Part shown: positions 1 to 9,453 of the stretch, one piece after another | Position numbering within the stretch: position 1 is the stretch's first letter | Layout: each line of letters begins with the position of its first letter | Assembly: GCA_035650735.1 (NCBI GenBank) | Contig: DASRGZ010000223.1 | Span: forward strand, 1 to 35,601 | Direction of reading: 5' to 3' | Origin: Chthonomonadaceae bacterium | GTDB taxonomy: Bacteria; Armatimonadota; Chthonomonadetes; Chthonomonadales; Chthonomonadaceae | DNA length: 35,601 nt | Notes under the pieces: model-generated | Database searches by the model: none | Seen by the model: only the letters and a program-made list of their open reading frames with translations | Told to the model about the DNA's origin: nothing | Program-made: the position numbers and the translations under genes

Positions 1-2
1 CT

Positions 3-461
3 TACGTCCAATTGGCGCACGCAGCGGAATCCAGGGGCGATCTGCAGGCGGCCCGTGATAATTACCGCAAGGCCCTCGACGTAGACCCGGATAACGCGAC
101 TGCGCATAACGGGCTGGCAAACATCCTGGATCGGCTGGGCGATACGGCGGGCGCCGGAGCCGAGCGTGCCGCGGCCCAAAGCGGGGGCGGTTCCGTGGAG
201 ACGCCCTCTGCGCTCAAAACCATCTCGCCTTCCGAGGAGGCGGCCTCCGGCACGGATGCCCGGCAATTTGTTGAGGAACGCCGCGCCGAAGCGCGCCGTC
301 TTATTCAAGAGGGGGATGAGTTGGCGCAGCAGGGCGATAAGGATGGGGCGCGGGAGAAGTGGCAGCAGGCCATCAGCATGGCTCCCGGCACGCCGGAGCG
401 CGACGCGGCCAAAGCGCGCATGGATCAGACGCAGACCCCGCCGAATTTTGATGTACAGTAG
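3..461 (+). CDS. TPR-repeat protein, C-terminal part (starts before the window)
   Basis: The frame is open from the window edge. It has TPR-like helices (ARDNYRKALDVDPDNATAHNGLA; AREKWQQAISMAP) and a TAG stop at 459-461. Confidence 0.75.
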   Translation, partial: YVQLAHAAESRGDLQAARDNYRKALDVDPDNATAHNGLANILDRLGDTAGAGAERAAAQSGGGSVETPSALKTISPSEEAASGTDARQFVEERRAEARRLIQEGDELAQQGDKDGAREKWQQAISMAPGTPERDAAKARMDQTQTPPNFDVQ

Positions 462-533
462 GGTTTTTGGGGGCTAAGTTTCTGAGGTCCGCATTCGCCT
501 AATTTTGGCATACAGTGAAGGAAGGTTTGTCGC

Positions 534-1568
534 GTGGAGAATCGTACTCAGAAGGACGTTGCCGCGCTGCTGGCCGAGGCGACGCCGGAGGCCGCCTCCC
601 AGCTTCAGGAACTGGCCGAGAGCGCGCCCGATAAGGAGACGCGCAAGGTGGCACGGCGTGCGCTCTACCGGCTCAGCCTGGCGGGCGTCAGGCCGCCGGA
701 GCGGGCGCCTGCTCCTAAAACTGCGGAGCCAACGCCATCGGACACCCTGCGTGCCTACGCCAGCGCTTACGACGGCGCCGGGAACCGGCTGGTCTTTTGT
801 GTTGTGCCCGACCCGGACGGCGGCTGGCCGACGCTGCTGCAAACGTTGATCAACGATGAGGAGGGCACGAAGGACTTCAGCGCCCGGCGGATGTCGCGCC
901 GCGAGGTCGCCGAGCGCGTGGACAGGTTCGAGCAGCAGTTGGAAAACGGGCTGGCCTTTGCCGAGATCGAAGGCGATTACGGACGCTGGCTGCTGCATGA
1001 GGCCCGCCTGCTCAACCTGCGCCTGGGGCAGTTGTCTCCGCCCGGTTTTCTGGAGTGGATGGAGCGTGTCGGGGAGCCGCGCGGCAGCTACGAGACGCCG
1101 CCGGTCTTTGCGGCGCTTAACCCGGAGGAGGTGCGCGCCGATCCCTCTGTTCCGCATGATCCGGCCGCCTTCTTCGCCCTGCCCTGGTTTGAGCCGTGGT
1201 TTCTGGCGGCGCGTGACGTCTACGAATGGCTCGACGCCTGGGAAAAGAGCGAGGCCAGCGTGCTTGCCGTGCCCGAATCGGCCAAAGCGGAGCGGCGGGA
1301 GCGCATCGTGACGGAGGCGGTGAACAAGCTGCTTACCCCGGAGGCGCGGGAACGCTACACGCATCGCCTGGAAGAATCTGCCGATATTCTGCGGCGGCGG
1401 GATAAGATGGAGGCGGCCCGCATTGCGCTCTATCACGCGCTGGCGCTGGCCGATAATAAGCCGGTGGCCGACGTGCCGTTTGCCCGCGCGCTGGTCCGGC
1501 GTACCATCGAGGCGGCGGCGCAGATGCTGGAGCGGATACGCCATGGCGAGGCGCAGGCCACCGCCTGA
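534..1568 (+). CDS. Hypothetical alpha-helical protein with an N-terminal HEAT-like segment
   Basis: 344-aa ORF with GTG start after purine-rich GAAGGAAGG and GC3-rich codons. DKETRKVARRALYRL is a HEAT-like helix. Confidence 0.7.
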   Translation: MENRTQKDVAALLAEATPEAASQLQELAESAPDKETRKVARRALYRLSLAGVRPPERAPAPKTAEPTPSDTLRAYASAYDGAGNRLVFCVVPDPDGGWPTLLQTLINDEEGTKDFSARRMSRREVAERVDRFEQQLENGLAFAEIEGDYGRWLLHEARLLNLRLGQLSPPGFLEWMERVGEPRGSYETPPVFAALNPEEVRADPSVPHDPAAFFALPWFEPWFLAARDVYEWLDAWEKSEASVLAVPESAKAERRERIVTEAVNKLLTPEARERYTHRLEESADILRRRDKMEAARIALYHALALADNKPVADVPFARALVRRTIEAAAQMLERIRHGEAQATA

Positions 1569-1665
1569 TCGCCACGCGCATAAGCAGCTAAATACGGACA
1601 GCCGCGCCTGCAGGGGACGCCGTTTGTGGCACGGTCGCCGTTTTGCGATAGGGAGTTTTGCCGAC

Positions 1666-2517
1666 GTGAAGAGTACCCGCATCCCGATTGACATCGGGCG
1701 TTCCCGGCCCTATATGCTTGAGATCACGGCCCAGGACGTGCCGCTGTGCGGCCTGCCGGAGGCGCTGTGCGGGGCCACGCTGGTTCATATGAGCGACCTG
1801 CACGCCGGATTTAGCAATCTGGAGCCAGTCTATGAGGAGGCGATTGCCCGCGTCAATGCCCTGCAGCCGGATTTTATCGTCCTTACCGGCGACTACATTG
1901 ACGACCACTCCCGTGAGCCGAACTATCCTATGCCGGGAATACTGCGGCGATTCCGGGCGCGGCGGGGCGTCTACGGTTCGTTTGGCAACCACGACCATCG
2001 GCGCGGCATCGTTGGCTCGCGCCGCGTTTTGGAACAGGGCGGCGTGCGTGTCCTCAACAACGAGGCCCTGTGCGTGGAGCCGGGGCTGTGGCTGGCGGGC
2101 GTGGACGACCTCTACGAGGGCCAGCCGGACATCGCCGGGACGCTCGCCGGCATCCCGGACGACGTGACGGGCATCGTCCTCTCACATAACCCCCGGCTGA
2201 TTGAGAAAGTAGGGCACCGGGACGTTTTCGTCCTTTCCGGGCACACGCACGGCGGTCAGATCGCGCTACCCTTCCCGACGCCGAAGATGGTCTGCTGGCT
2301 GCATCTGCGCTGCCCGCAGGTCGCCGGGTGGTACAAGAACGGACGGGCACGCCTCTATGTCAATCGCGGCATGGGCGTTACCGGCCGTCCCCTTCGCTAT
2401 AACTGCCCCGCCGAGATCGGGGTGTTTCGCCTGACGCCTGCTCCGGAGGAGCGGGGCGCGCTCAAAGGCAACAGATCGCGTGCCGCCACACCGCCCGAGC
2501 CCGTCGGCAGGCTCTAA
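1666..2517 (+). CDS. Calcineurin-like metallophosphoesterase (YkuE/YaeI-like)
   Basis: Motifs SDLH, LTGDY, GNHD, LSHNP and SGHTHGGQ are present. Start moved to GTG 1666 (after GGGAG) because the track's 1423 start overlaps the upstream gene. Confidence 0.85.
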   Translation: MKSTRIPIDIGRSRPYMLEITAQDVPLCGLPEALCGATLVHMSDLHAGFSNLEPVYEEAIARVNALQPDFIVLTGDYIDDHSREPNYPMPGILRRFRARRGVYGSFGNHDHRRGIVGSRRVLEQGGVRVLNNEALCVEPGLWLAGVDDLYEGQPDIAGTLAGIPDDVTGIVLSHNPRLIEKVGHRDVFVLSGHTHGGQIALPFPTPKMVCWLHLRCPQVAGWYKNGRARLYVNRGMGVTGRPLRYNCPAEIGVFRLTPAPEERGALKGNRSRAATPPEPVGRL

Positions 2518-2655
2518 GCCGGCCTGCGCTCTCGTCCGTAGTTTATCGGGAGGCAGCTTCTGTGCTCTTGGGCCGCAGGGCTACTCAGGAGCCTAATGCC
2601 CACAACCTTTGCCTCAACTTTGTTGTAGGTATACCTTCGCCGTAGGAGAGGTGTT

Positions 2656-4107
2656 TTGAGCGACTCTTCTTCAGAAAATCGCCCCGCTGCTTTCCCTTCC
2701 GCGCCCGATTCCCATTCACTGCTCGACACGGAAACGCGCCTGCGCCTGATCGAGGAGAATGTCACCGACTATGCCATCTTCACGCTCGGTGTAGAGAATC
2801 GCATCATCAGTTGGAACGTCGGAGCCGAGCGTATTGTCGGGTATTCTGAGGAGGAGGCCATCGGACAGCCCGGTTCCCTGCTGTTTACCCCCGAAGACCG
2901 GCAGGCCGGAGTGCCCGAGCGGGAGATACGTCAGGCCATCCAGACGGGACGTGCCGAGGACGAACGCTGGCACCTGCGGAAAGACGGCTCGCGCTTCTGG
3001 GCCAGCGGCATTCTGACGGCTCTGCGCGATGAGTCCGGGCAGTTATACGGCTTTGCCAAAATCCTGCGCGACTTCACCCAAAGGCACCACGCGGAGCGGA
3101 TTGTTCGCCAACAGAATGCCCTCCTGAACTTGGCTCATGACGCCATCCTCGTATGCGATCTAGACAACCGGGTGACCTTCTGGAACGCAGGCGCCGAGCG
3201 GCTGTATGGCTGGTCGGCGGGAGAGATGGTCGGTCAGGTCGCACGCGAACGCCTGCATACCCGGTTCCCTTCGACCTTTGAGGCCGTCCTGGAGGCGCTG
3301 TTTGCGACCGGACAGTGGGAAGGAGAGCTGACTTACACGCGCAGGGATGGCACGCAGGTGGTCGTCAGCAGTCGGTGGGCGTTGCAGCGGGATGAGCAGG
3401 GCGACCCCGGTTCCATATTGGAGATCAACCGCGACATCACCGAGCGCAAACAGCAAGAGCACCAGATCCTGCAACTGAACGAGCGCTTGCAGCGTGCGAT
3501 GACTGAAACGTACCATCGGGCTAAGAATAGTCTGCATCAGGTTGCGGCACTGATAGATATACGGCTGCTGGATCAATCGGAGACGGTGAGCGCCGAGGAT
3601 TTACGACACATCGCCAGCTATATCCGCGCGCTGGCGGCCCTGCATGATCTTCTCAGCCGGGAGAGCCAGGAGTACGCGCAGGCGGAGTCCGTATCGAGTC
3701 GGGCCTGGATGGAGCAGATGGTGGCTCTGTTGGAACAGACGACCGGGGAGCGGCGCATCCGCTATGAGGTGCAGCCCGTCCGTCTTTCGGCGCGGCAGGC
3801 GTCGGCTCTGGCGCTCATCCTCAACGAGCTCGTCTCCAACGCGCTCAAACACAGCAATCAGGGCGACATCGAAGTGTCCTTTGCCGTCCAGGCGGGCACG
3901 GGCGTGCTGCGTGTCTGCGATGCCGGACCTGGTTTTCCCACCGAATTTCAAGCGGATGAGCAGGCTAATGTAGGTTTGGGCCTGGTAGAGGCGCTGGCGC
4001 GCGGCGATCTAGGTGGGCAGACGCTTTACGCGAACCGCGAGGACGGTACCGGAGCGTGCGTGACCATCACGTTCCCGCTGCCTTCGGCGCAGGCTGAGAA
4101 TGCCTGA
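2656..4107 (+). CDS. Cytoplasmic PAS-PAS sensor histidine kinase (HisKA_2/HWE type)
   Basis: Two PAS domains (SWNVGAERIVGYSEEEAIGQ...RKDGSRFW; FWNAGAERLYGW...RRDG), H-box ETYHRAKN, N-box NELVSNALKH, D/G boxes DAGPGF and GLGL. TTG start after AGGAGAGG. Confidence 0.9.
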   Translation: MSDSSSENRPAAFPSAPDSHSLLDTETRLRLIEENVTDYAIFTLGVENRIISWNVGAERIVGYSEEEAIGQPGSLLFTPEDRQAGVPEREIRQAIQTGRAEDERWHLRKDGSRFWASGILTALRDESGQLYGFAKILRDFTQRHHAERIVRQQNALLNLAHDAILVCDLDNRVTFWNAGAERLYGWSAGEMVGQVARERLHTRFPSTFEAVLEALFATGQWEGELTYTRRDGTQVVVSSRWALQRDEQGDPGSILEINRDITERKQQEHQILQLNERLQRAMTETYHRAKNSLHQVAALIDIRLLDQSETVSAEDLRHIASYIRALAALHDLLSRESQEYAQAESVSSRAWMEQMVALLEQTTGERRIRYEVQPVRLSARQASALALILNELVSNALKHSNQGDIEVSFAVQAGTGVLRVCDAGPGFPTEFQADEQANVGLGLVEALARGDLGGQTLYANREDGTGACVTITFPLPSAQAENA

Positions 4108-4140
4108 CAAAACCTGGCTCCTCTTAACCTAACTCCCTTC

Positions 4141-4460
4141 CGGCAGGCTAAACCCTGCCGCTGTGGGGCCTGCGGCTCGCTGCCCACCTACGTGGGCAGA
4201 GAAGACACCCGGCTTCTCCTCTCCCCTCTCCCGCAGCGTGGGAGAGGGGGAAGGGGGTGAGGGCTTCTCCTCTCTCCTTGAGAAGGAGAGGGGACGGGGG
4301 TGAGGTCAGTTGGAAGGTGAGGACAGCAACCATCCCAAGTTGGGTCACCCCCACTGCCAGGGTCGGCCCTACAATGGTTCGGGCCTCCGCCTTGCGACAC
4401 CCCTCCGCCTGACGACCCTGCGAACGCAGTGAGCGCATTAGGGAAGGGGCCGGGGGTTGG
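4141..4460. repeat. Composite palindromic repeat cluster: small hairpins, A hairpins (4221-4264, 4267-4307), a B module (4327-4346) and an A hairpin split by element C (4352-4415)
   Basis: CTCCCCTCTCCC-GCAGCGT-GGGAGAGGGG...GGGGTGAGGGC and CTGCCCAC-CTAC-GTGGGCAG are visible. The same modules recur at 6.3, 18.8, 28.1, 31.4 and 33.8 kb. Confidence 0.85.
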
Positions 4461-4461
4461 C

Positions 4462-5166
4462 ATGATGGAGTTGGATACATACGCTCAGAAGATGGAGCGT
4501 ATGCGCGCCTACTGGGCGCAGCGGCTGCCGCTGGTGACGGTGGAGATACCCATTGGCGGGCGAAACTGGCGTGTGACGGCGGTTCAGAACCAGGATGCCC
4601 TGCTGGATGCCGCCGAGCAGCTTGAGCATTTTCCGTATGGCTTCCTGCTCTGGGAGTCGGCGGTGGGGCTGGCGCGATTCCTGGCGGCCCATCCGGGGCT
4701 GGTGGCAGGGAAGCGGGTGCTGGAGCTGGGCGCAGGCGTCGGGCTGCCGGGTATGGTCGCGCAGGCGTTGGGAGCGCAGGTCTGCCAGACCGACCATCAG
4801 CAGGGCGCACTGGCGTTGGCGCAGGTCAACGCCTATCAGAACGGAGTGAGCGGCCTGACCTTCTTCCTGGCCGATTGGCGCACCTGGGCGCATGCAGAGC
4901 GTTATGACATTCTCCTCGGCGCAGACATCCTCTATGAGCGCGCCATGCATTTCTACCTGGAGTCGATCTTCCGGCGAAGTCTGGCTCCGGGTGGACAGCT
5001 GATCCTTTCCGACCCGGTACGCCCGCAGGCGATGGAGTTTGCCGCACACCTGGAGAAATCCGGCTGGCGGATCGCGCTGGAGATGCAGCTAGTCACGCTG
5101 GCGGAAGAGGGAGGCGAGGGCAAGCCGGTCGAGGTCGCCCTGCTGATAGGCGCACAGCCTTCCTGA
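4462..5166 (+). CDS. Class I SAM-dependent methyltransferase (Methyltransf_16 / protein-lysine methyltransferase-like)
   Basis: Motifs PYGFLLWESA, VLELGAGVGLPG and ILLGADILYE. Start set at ATG 4462 (or 4465); the track's N-terminal extension is repeat DNA. Confidence 0.85.
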   Translation: MMELDTYAQKMERMRAYWAQRLPLVTVEIPIGGRNWRVTAVQNQDALLDAAEQLEHFPYGFLLWESAVGLARFLAAHPGLVAGKRVLELGAGVGLPGMVAQALGAQVCQTDHQQGALALAQVNAYQNGVSGLTFFLADWRTWAHAERYDILLGADILYERAMHFYLESIFRRSLAPGGQLILSDPVRPQAMEFAAHLEKSGWRIALEMQLVTLAEEGGEGKPVEVALLIGAQPS

Positions 5167-5338
5167 GGTTGATGTGAGTACCGCAACCGCTGCAAGCGCC
5201 TTTTGCGCCTCTGTTGGTGATGAGCACGCCGCGCTCCTGAGGCCGCTTCCCTGGGGATGAGTTTACGGAACACGGGTATCCGGGCATTCGTATTGTACAG
5301 TGAGGATTAGCGAGAGGATACCTTAAGGATTTTAATCC

Positions 5339-6196
5339 ATGAATACATTCAAAACCGCGATGTTGCTGGCTGGGCTGACCGGCCTGTTTGTCGCCGTCGG
5401 CGGAGTCATCGGCGGTCGCAGCGGTATGGTAACCGCCTTCATTCTGGCGATGATCATGAACTTCGCCAGTTATTGGTTCAGCGATAAGATCGTGCTCATG
5501 GCGCAGGGCGCGCAGGAGTTGCAGCCTTCCGATGCGCCGGAGCTCTTCCGGATAGTGGAGCGGTTGACGGCGCGGGCGGGCATGCCGATGCCGCGCATCT
5601 ATGTCGTCCCTGGCGACCAGCCCAACGCCTTTGCCACCGGGCGCGACCCGGAACATGCCGCCGTCGCCGTGACCCAGAGCATTGTGGATCTGCTGACGCC
5701 TGCGGAGTTGGAGGGCGTCCTGGGGCATGAACTATCGCATGTGCGCAACCGCGACGTGCTGATCAGCACCGTGGCGGCCACGATTGCGGGCGCGGTTGGC
5801 TTCCTGGTTCAGATCGCGCGGTGGGGGATGCTGCTGGGCGGCTATGGAGGCAGGGACGACCGCGAGGGCGGCTATAACCCGATTGCCTGGCTGCTGGCGA
5901 TTATTCTGGCGCCGATTGCCGCGCTGATCATCCAGATGGCGATCTCGCGCTCTCGCGAGTTTGAGGCGGATGCCTCCGGCGCGCGGCTCAGCGGGAAGCC
6001 ATTGGCCTTGGCCAGCGCCCTGCAAAAGATCGAAGCCTATGCCCAGACGCGGCCTTTGCCGGTCAATCCCAGCTTCGCGCACCTGTATATCGTCAATCCG
6101 TTCCGCATGGAGGGGCTGATGAATCTGTTCCGGTCGCACCCTCCGACCGCCGAGCGGATCGCGCGCTTGCAGGCGATGGCCGCCCAGGCCGCCTGA
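5339..6196 (+). CDS. htpX: Zinc metalloprotease HtpX (M48)
   Basis: N-terminal transmembrane pair, PNAFATGR, HELSH (HExxH), ISRSREFEAD and SHPPTAERI. Confidence 0.95.
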   Translation: MNTFKTAMLLAGLTGLFVAVGGVIGGRSGMVTAFILAMIMNFASYWFSDKIVLMAQGAQELQPSDAPELFRIVERLTARAGMPMPRIYVVPGDQPNAFATGRDPEHAAVAVTQSIVDLLTPAELEGVLGHELSHVRNRDVLISTVAATIAGAVGFLVQIARWGMLLGGYGGRDDREGGYNPIAWLLAIILAPIAALIIQMAISRSREFEADASGARLSGKPLALASALQKIEAYAQTRPLPVNPSFAHLYIVNPFRMEGLMNLFRSHPPTAERIARLQAMAAQAA

Positions 6197-6242
6197 GACA
6201 AGCCCTACATTTCGTAGCGTCGGACGCCCCCGCGTCGCCGAC

Positions 6243-6292
6243 AGAGCCGCCGGAGGTTCCCTCTCCCTGGGAACATACCCTCCGGCGGCTCT
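6243..6292 (+). terminator. Perfect 14-bp stem hairpin between convergent htpX and gmhB (possible terminator or mRNA stabiliser)
   Basis: AGAGCCGCCGGAGG (6243-6256) pairs with CCTCCGGCGGCTCT (6279-6292). Only a short T-run follows. Confidence 0.45.
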
Positions 6293-6313
6293 CCTTTGGC
6301 CAGATCATTTGCG

Positions 6314-6475
6314 GCCCTCACCCCCTGTCCCCCTCTCTCCCGTATAACCTAACCCCCCGGCCCCCACTGCCAGGGTCGGTGCTGCGCACGCTCGCACCAC
6401 TGCCAGGATCGGCCCTACAATGGACTGCAAGGGCCGTAACCTTGCCGACCCTGGCAGTGGGAAGGGGTAGGGGCC
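6314..6475. repeat. A-hairpin arms enclosing a head-to-head form of element C (6365-6459)
   Basis: CCCACTGCCAGGGTCGG ... CCGACCCTGGCAGTGGG forms a 17-bp inverted repeat, flanked by CCTAACCCCCCGGCC and GAAGGGGTAGGGGCC. Confidence 0.8.
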
Positions 6476-6573
6476 AAAACGGAATAACTTTGTCCTTTGG
6501 CTACCAGGCGGGGTCAGCGTGGCGGCCTCAGGCATCGCGGCCTCAAAACGGAATAACTTTGTCCTTTGGCTAC
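6475..6573 (-). repeat. Two identical 30-bp direct repeats separated by 39 bp (GTAG-capped, REP-like on the minus strand)
   Basis: CAAAACGGAATAACTTTGTCCTTTGGCTAC occurs at 6475-6504 and 6544-6573. The second copy contains the gmhB stop codon. Confidence 0.85.
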
Positions 6574-7139
6574 TCCTGGCTTTGCCGGCAAAGCCAATCC
6601 GCCGCGGCGGCCAGATCGGCAAAGACAAAATCCGGGTGGGGTGGGGGAAAGGTGGCCGGGTCGTACTGGCGCGTGTGGCCGGTAAGCACGAGGATGGTAC
6701 GGCAGCCGACGGCGTGCCCGGCGGCAATATCGCGCGGGCTGTCGCCGACCATGTAACTTGCGCAGAGATCCAGACCGAGATCGGCGGCGGCCTGGCGCAG
6801 CAGGCCCGGCCTGGGCTTGCGGCAATCACAGCCTTCTTCCGGGCAGTGCGGGCAGGCGTAGATGGCCGTGAGCCGTCCGCCCGCCGTCTCTATCTCGGCG
6901 CGCAGGCGGGCATGGACCGCTTCTAACTCTTCCAGCGAGAGATATCCGCGCCCGACGCCCGCCTGGTTGGTGATTACGATGACCGGCCATCCCGCCGCCG
7001 TCAGGCGGGCTACGGCCTCGGCGGCGCCTGGCAGCAGATGGAGGGCGTCCGGGCGCGTGACATACGCTCCCCCCTCCACGGTCAGCACGCCGTCTCGGTC
7101 AAGAAACACGGCGCGGCGCTCCGAACCCGCCTCACGCAC
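6570..7139 (-). CDS. gmhB: D-glycero-D-manno-heptose 1,7-bisphosphate phosphatase (HAD IIIA)
   Basis: Motifs FLDRDGV, ITNQAG, zinc-binding CPH...CDCRKP and MVGD. Overlaps the stop of gmhA. Confidence 0.85.
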   Translation of the reverse strand: MREAGSERRAVFLDRDGVLTVEGGAYVTRPDALHLLPGAAEAVARLTAAGWPVIVITNQAGVGRGYLSLEELEAVHARLRAEIETAGGRLTAIYACPHCPEEGCDCRKPRPGLLRQAAADLGLDLCASYMVGDSPRDIAAGHAVGCRTILVLTGHTRQYDPATFPPPHPDFVFADLAAAADWLCRQSQE

Positions 7140-7725
7140 GCCCGGCCTCCGCTTTAGCGCGCTCCAGCACCGTCGAGAAGAGGACGTGCAGCAGGATCAT
7201 GTGGACATCCTCGATGCGCTGCATGTTCTCGCTCGGCACGACCAGGCAGCATTGGGTTGTGTCCTTGAGCTTGCCGCCCTGGAATCCTGCCAGGCCGAAG
7301 GTCGTCGCTCCGGCTCTGTTGGCGGCTGCGATGCCGTTGATGACGTTCATGGAGTTGCCGCTGCCGCTGACGCCAATGACCACGTCGCCCGGCTCCGTCC
7401 AGCACTCCACCTGCGGCGCAAAGATGTTCTCCCAAGCCGTATCGTTGGCCCAGGCCATCATCAGCGGCGTGCAGTCCGACAGGCAGAGCGTCCGCAACGG
7501 TCTGCCCGCCTCCAGGTAGATGTTTTTCTGCAAATCATTAACAATATGGCTGACGCTGCTGCTGCTGCCGCCATTGCCCATGAGCAGAACGCGCTTGCCG
7601 TCCCGCCAGGCCGCCAGCAGCGCCTCCACCATTCGCTCCAGCTGTGCCATGTCCACCTTATTGAGCAAATCTTTGACATTATCCAGGTAGGCGGTTATAT
7701 ATGTTCTTGTCTCCAAATGCGTCAT
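7132..7725 (-). CDS. gmhA: SIS-domain phosphoheptose isomerase family protein
   Basis: Motifs GNGGS, AWAND, GDVVIGVSGSGNSMNV and QRIEDVH. Adjacent to gmhB. Confidence 0.8.
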   Translation of the reverse strand: MTHLETRTYITAYLDNVKDLLNKVDMAQLERMVEALLAAWRDGKRVLLMGNGGSSSSVSHIVNDLQKNIYLEAGRPLRTLCLSDCTPLMMAWANDTAWENIFAPQVECWTEPGDVVIGVSGSGNSMNVINGIAAANRAGATTFGLAGFQGGKLKDTTQCCLVVPSENMQRIEDVHMILLHVLFSTVLERAKAEAGRA

Positions 7726-7740
7726 ATCTTCAAGTGGCCT

Positions 7741-9423
7741 CTAAATCTCCATGATGACCGGGACGACGACCGGACGGCGGTTGGTGCGCTTGCGCAGGTA
7801 GCGCGCGACCGTATCGTGGACGGTGACGCGCACGGTGTCCAAATCCGAGCCTTCCGTATAGTTAAGCTCCTCCAGCGCCTGGGTGACGCGCTCCGCCGCG
7901 CCCTCGAAAAGCTCGCTGCTGTCCTCCGGGTGCAGGAAGCCGCGCGAGAGCAGGTCCGGCCCGGCCAGGACTTCGCCCGTGCTGCGATCCATGCTGACCG
8001 TGACGATCACGGTGCCATCCTGGGCCAGATGCCGCCGGTCGCGCAGCACCACGTCGCTCACGCCGCCCGCGCTGATGCCGTCCACCAGCACGCTGCCGTG
8101 CGGCACCGTCATCGCCGCGCGGCGGACGCCCTCCGCATCCATCTCCAGCATCTGCCCGACCTCAAACGTCAGGATGCCGTCCGGCGCAAAGCCCATATCC
8201 AGCGCCATCTGCGTGTAGGCGTGGTAGTGGCGCGGCTCCCCGTGATAGGGGGCTACGTACTCAGGCCGGGTCAGGTTGATCATCATCTTGAGCTCTTCCT
8301 GGTAGGCATGGCCGGAGACGTGGACGTTCTGGATCAGGTCATAGACGACGTTAGCGCCCAGCCGGAAGATGCGGTTGACGACGCGCCAGATCATGTCCTC
8401 GTTGCCGGGAATGGGCGTCGAGGAGAGAATGACCGTATCGCTCGGCTCGATCTGGACTTTGGCCGTCTCGTCACGGCTCATGCGGGTCAGGCCCGCCAGC
8501 GGCTCACCCTGGCTGCCCGTGGTCAGGATGACGATCTCGACGGGATGGTATTCGCCGATGTCCTCGACGCGGACGCGCTGCGCGTCGCTGATGCGCAGAT
8601 AGCCAAGCGAGCGGGCCGTATCAATGTTCTGGACCATACTGCGCCCAAAGACCGCCACTTTGCGCCCGTAGCGGGCGGCCACGTCGAAGACCGTCTGGAC
8701 GCGATGCAGGTTGGAGCCGAACGTCGCTACGATCACGCGGCCCATGCTCTCGCGCATGAAACGATCAAAGACGGGCACCAGCGACCGCTCCGAAGGGCAC
8801 CAGCCCTTCCGCTCGACGTTGACGCTGTCCGAGATCAGCAGGCGGACGCCCTCATCGCCCAGCTGCGCGAAGCGGGACGTATCGAAGAGGCGGTTATCAA
8901 TCGGGGTCTGATCGATCTTGAAGTCGCTGGTATGGACGACCGTGCCGACCGGGGAGCGAATGGCGAGGCTAGCGGCGTCAGGTATGGAGTGGGTAACGTG
9001 AATGGCCTCCACCGAGAGCGGCCCAAACGCGACGGCTCCCTCTGCCGGGTACTCCACAAACTCGGTGCTGCCCGCCAGCCCGTGCTCGGCCAGTTTGGCG
9101 CGCACCATGCCCAGCGTCAGGCGCGTACCGTAGATGGGGACGGGCAGTTGCTTGAGGACGTAGGGCAGCGCGCCGATATGGTCCTCATGGCCGTGCGTCA
9201 GGCAGATGGCCTTGACCTGTTCGCGGCGTTCCAGCAGGTAGGTAATATCCGGAATAATGAGATCGACGCCCGGCTGCTCCTCGTTGGGAAACATCACGCC
9301 GCAATCCACGACGAGAATCGTGTCCTCGTAGTGGAAGGCGAGCATATTCTTGCCGACCTCGCCGCTGCCTCCCAGCGAAATGATATGCAGCTTGCCGTTC
9401 GTGCTGTTCTCTACATCACTCAA
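7741..9423 (-). CDS. rnj: Ribonuclease J
   Basis: Motifs LGGSGEVGKN, THGHEDHIG, VTHSIPD, TTGSQGEP, HVSGHA and YHGE, plus C-terminal RRPVVVPVIMEI. Confidence 0.95.
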   Translation of the reverse strand: MSDVENSTNGKLHIISLGGSGEVGKNMLAFHYEDTILVVDCGVMFPNEEQPGVDLIIPDITYLLERREQVKAICLTHGHEDHIGALPYVLKQLPVPIYGTRLTLGMVRAKLAEHGLAGSTEFVEYPAEGAVAFGPLSVEAIHVTHSIPDAASLAIRSPVGTVVHTSDFKIDQTPIDNRLFDTSRFAQLGDEGVRLLISDSVNVERKGWCPSERSLVPVFDRFMRESMGRVIVATFGSNLHRVQTVFDVAARYGRKVAVFGRSMVQNIDTARSLGYLRISDAQRVRVEDIGEYHPVEIVILTTGSQGEPLAGLTRMSRDETAKVQIEPSDTVILSSTPIPGNEDMIWRVVNRIFRLGANVVYDLIQNVHVSGHAYQEELKMMINLTRPEYVAPYHGEPRHYHAYTQMALDMGFAPDGILTFEVGQMLEMDAEGVRRAAMTVPHGSVLVDGISAGGVSDVVLRDRRHLAQDGTVIVTVSMDRSTGEVLAGPDLLSRGFLHPEDSSELFEGAAERVTQALEELNYTEGSDLDTVRVTVHDTVARYLRKRTNRRPVVVPVIMEI

Positions 9424-9453
9424 GTGACAACCCCTAAAACAAAAGCAACAACC

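Noticed and set aside
4188..4463. Short ORFs with mutually similar peptides (4188-4463, 6379-6756, 18641-18889, 18669-19082, 27783-28187, 31411-31656, 31461-31742), e.g. PTLAVG, GESIRGN
   Set aside because: The similarity comes from translating the A/C/D DNA repeats. They have no convincing RBS or coding bias.
6475..6573. CRISPR array call for the 30-bp repeats (and the 29-bp pair at 20066-20170)
   Set aside because: Each has only two units, with no cas genes or leader in the window, and one unit overlaps a stop codon. Kept as repeats only.
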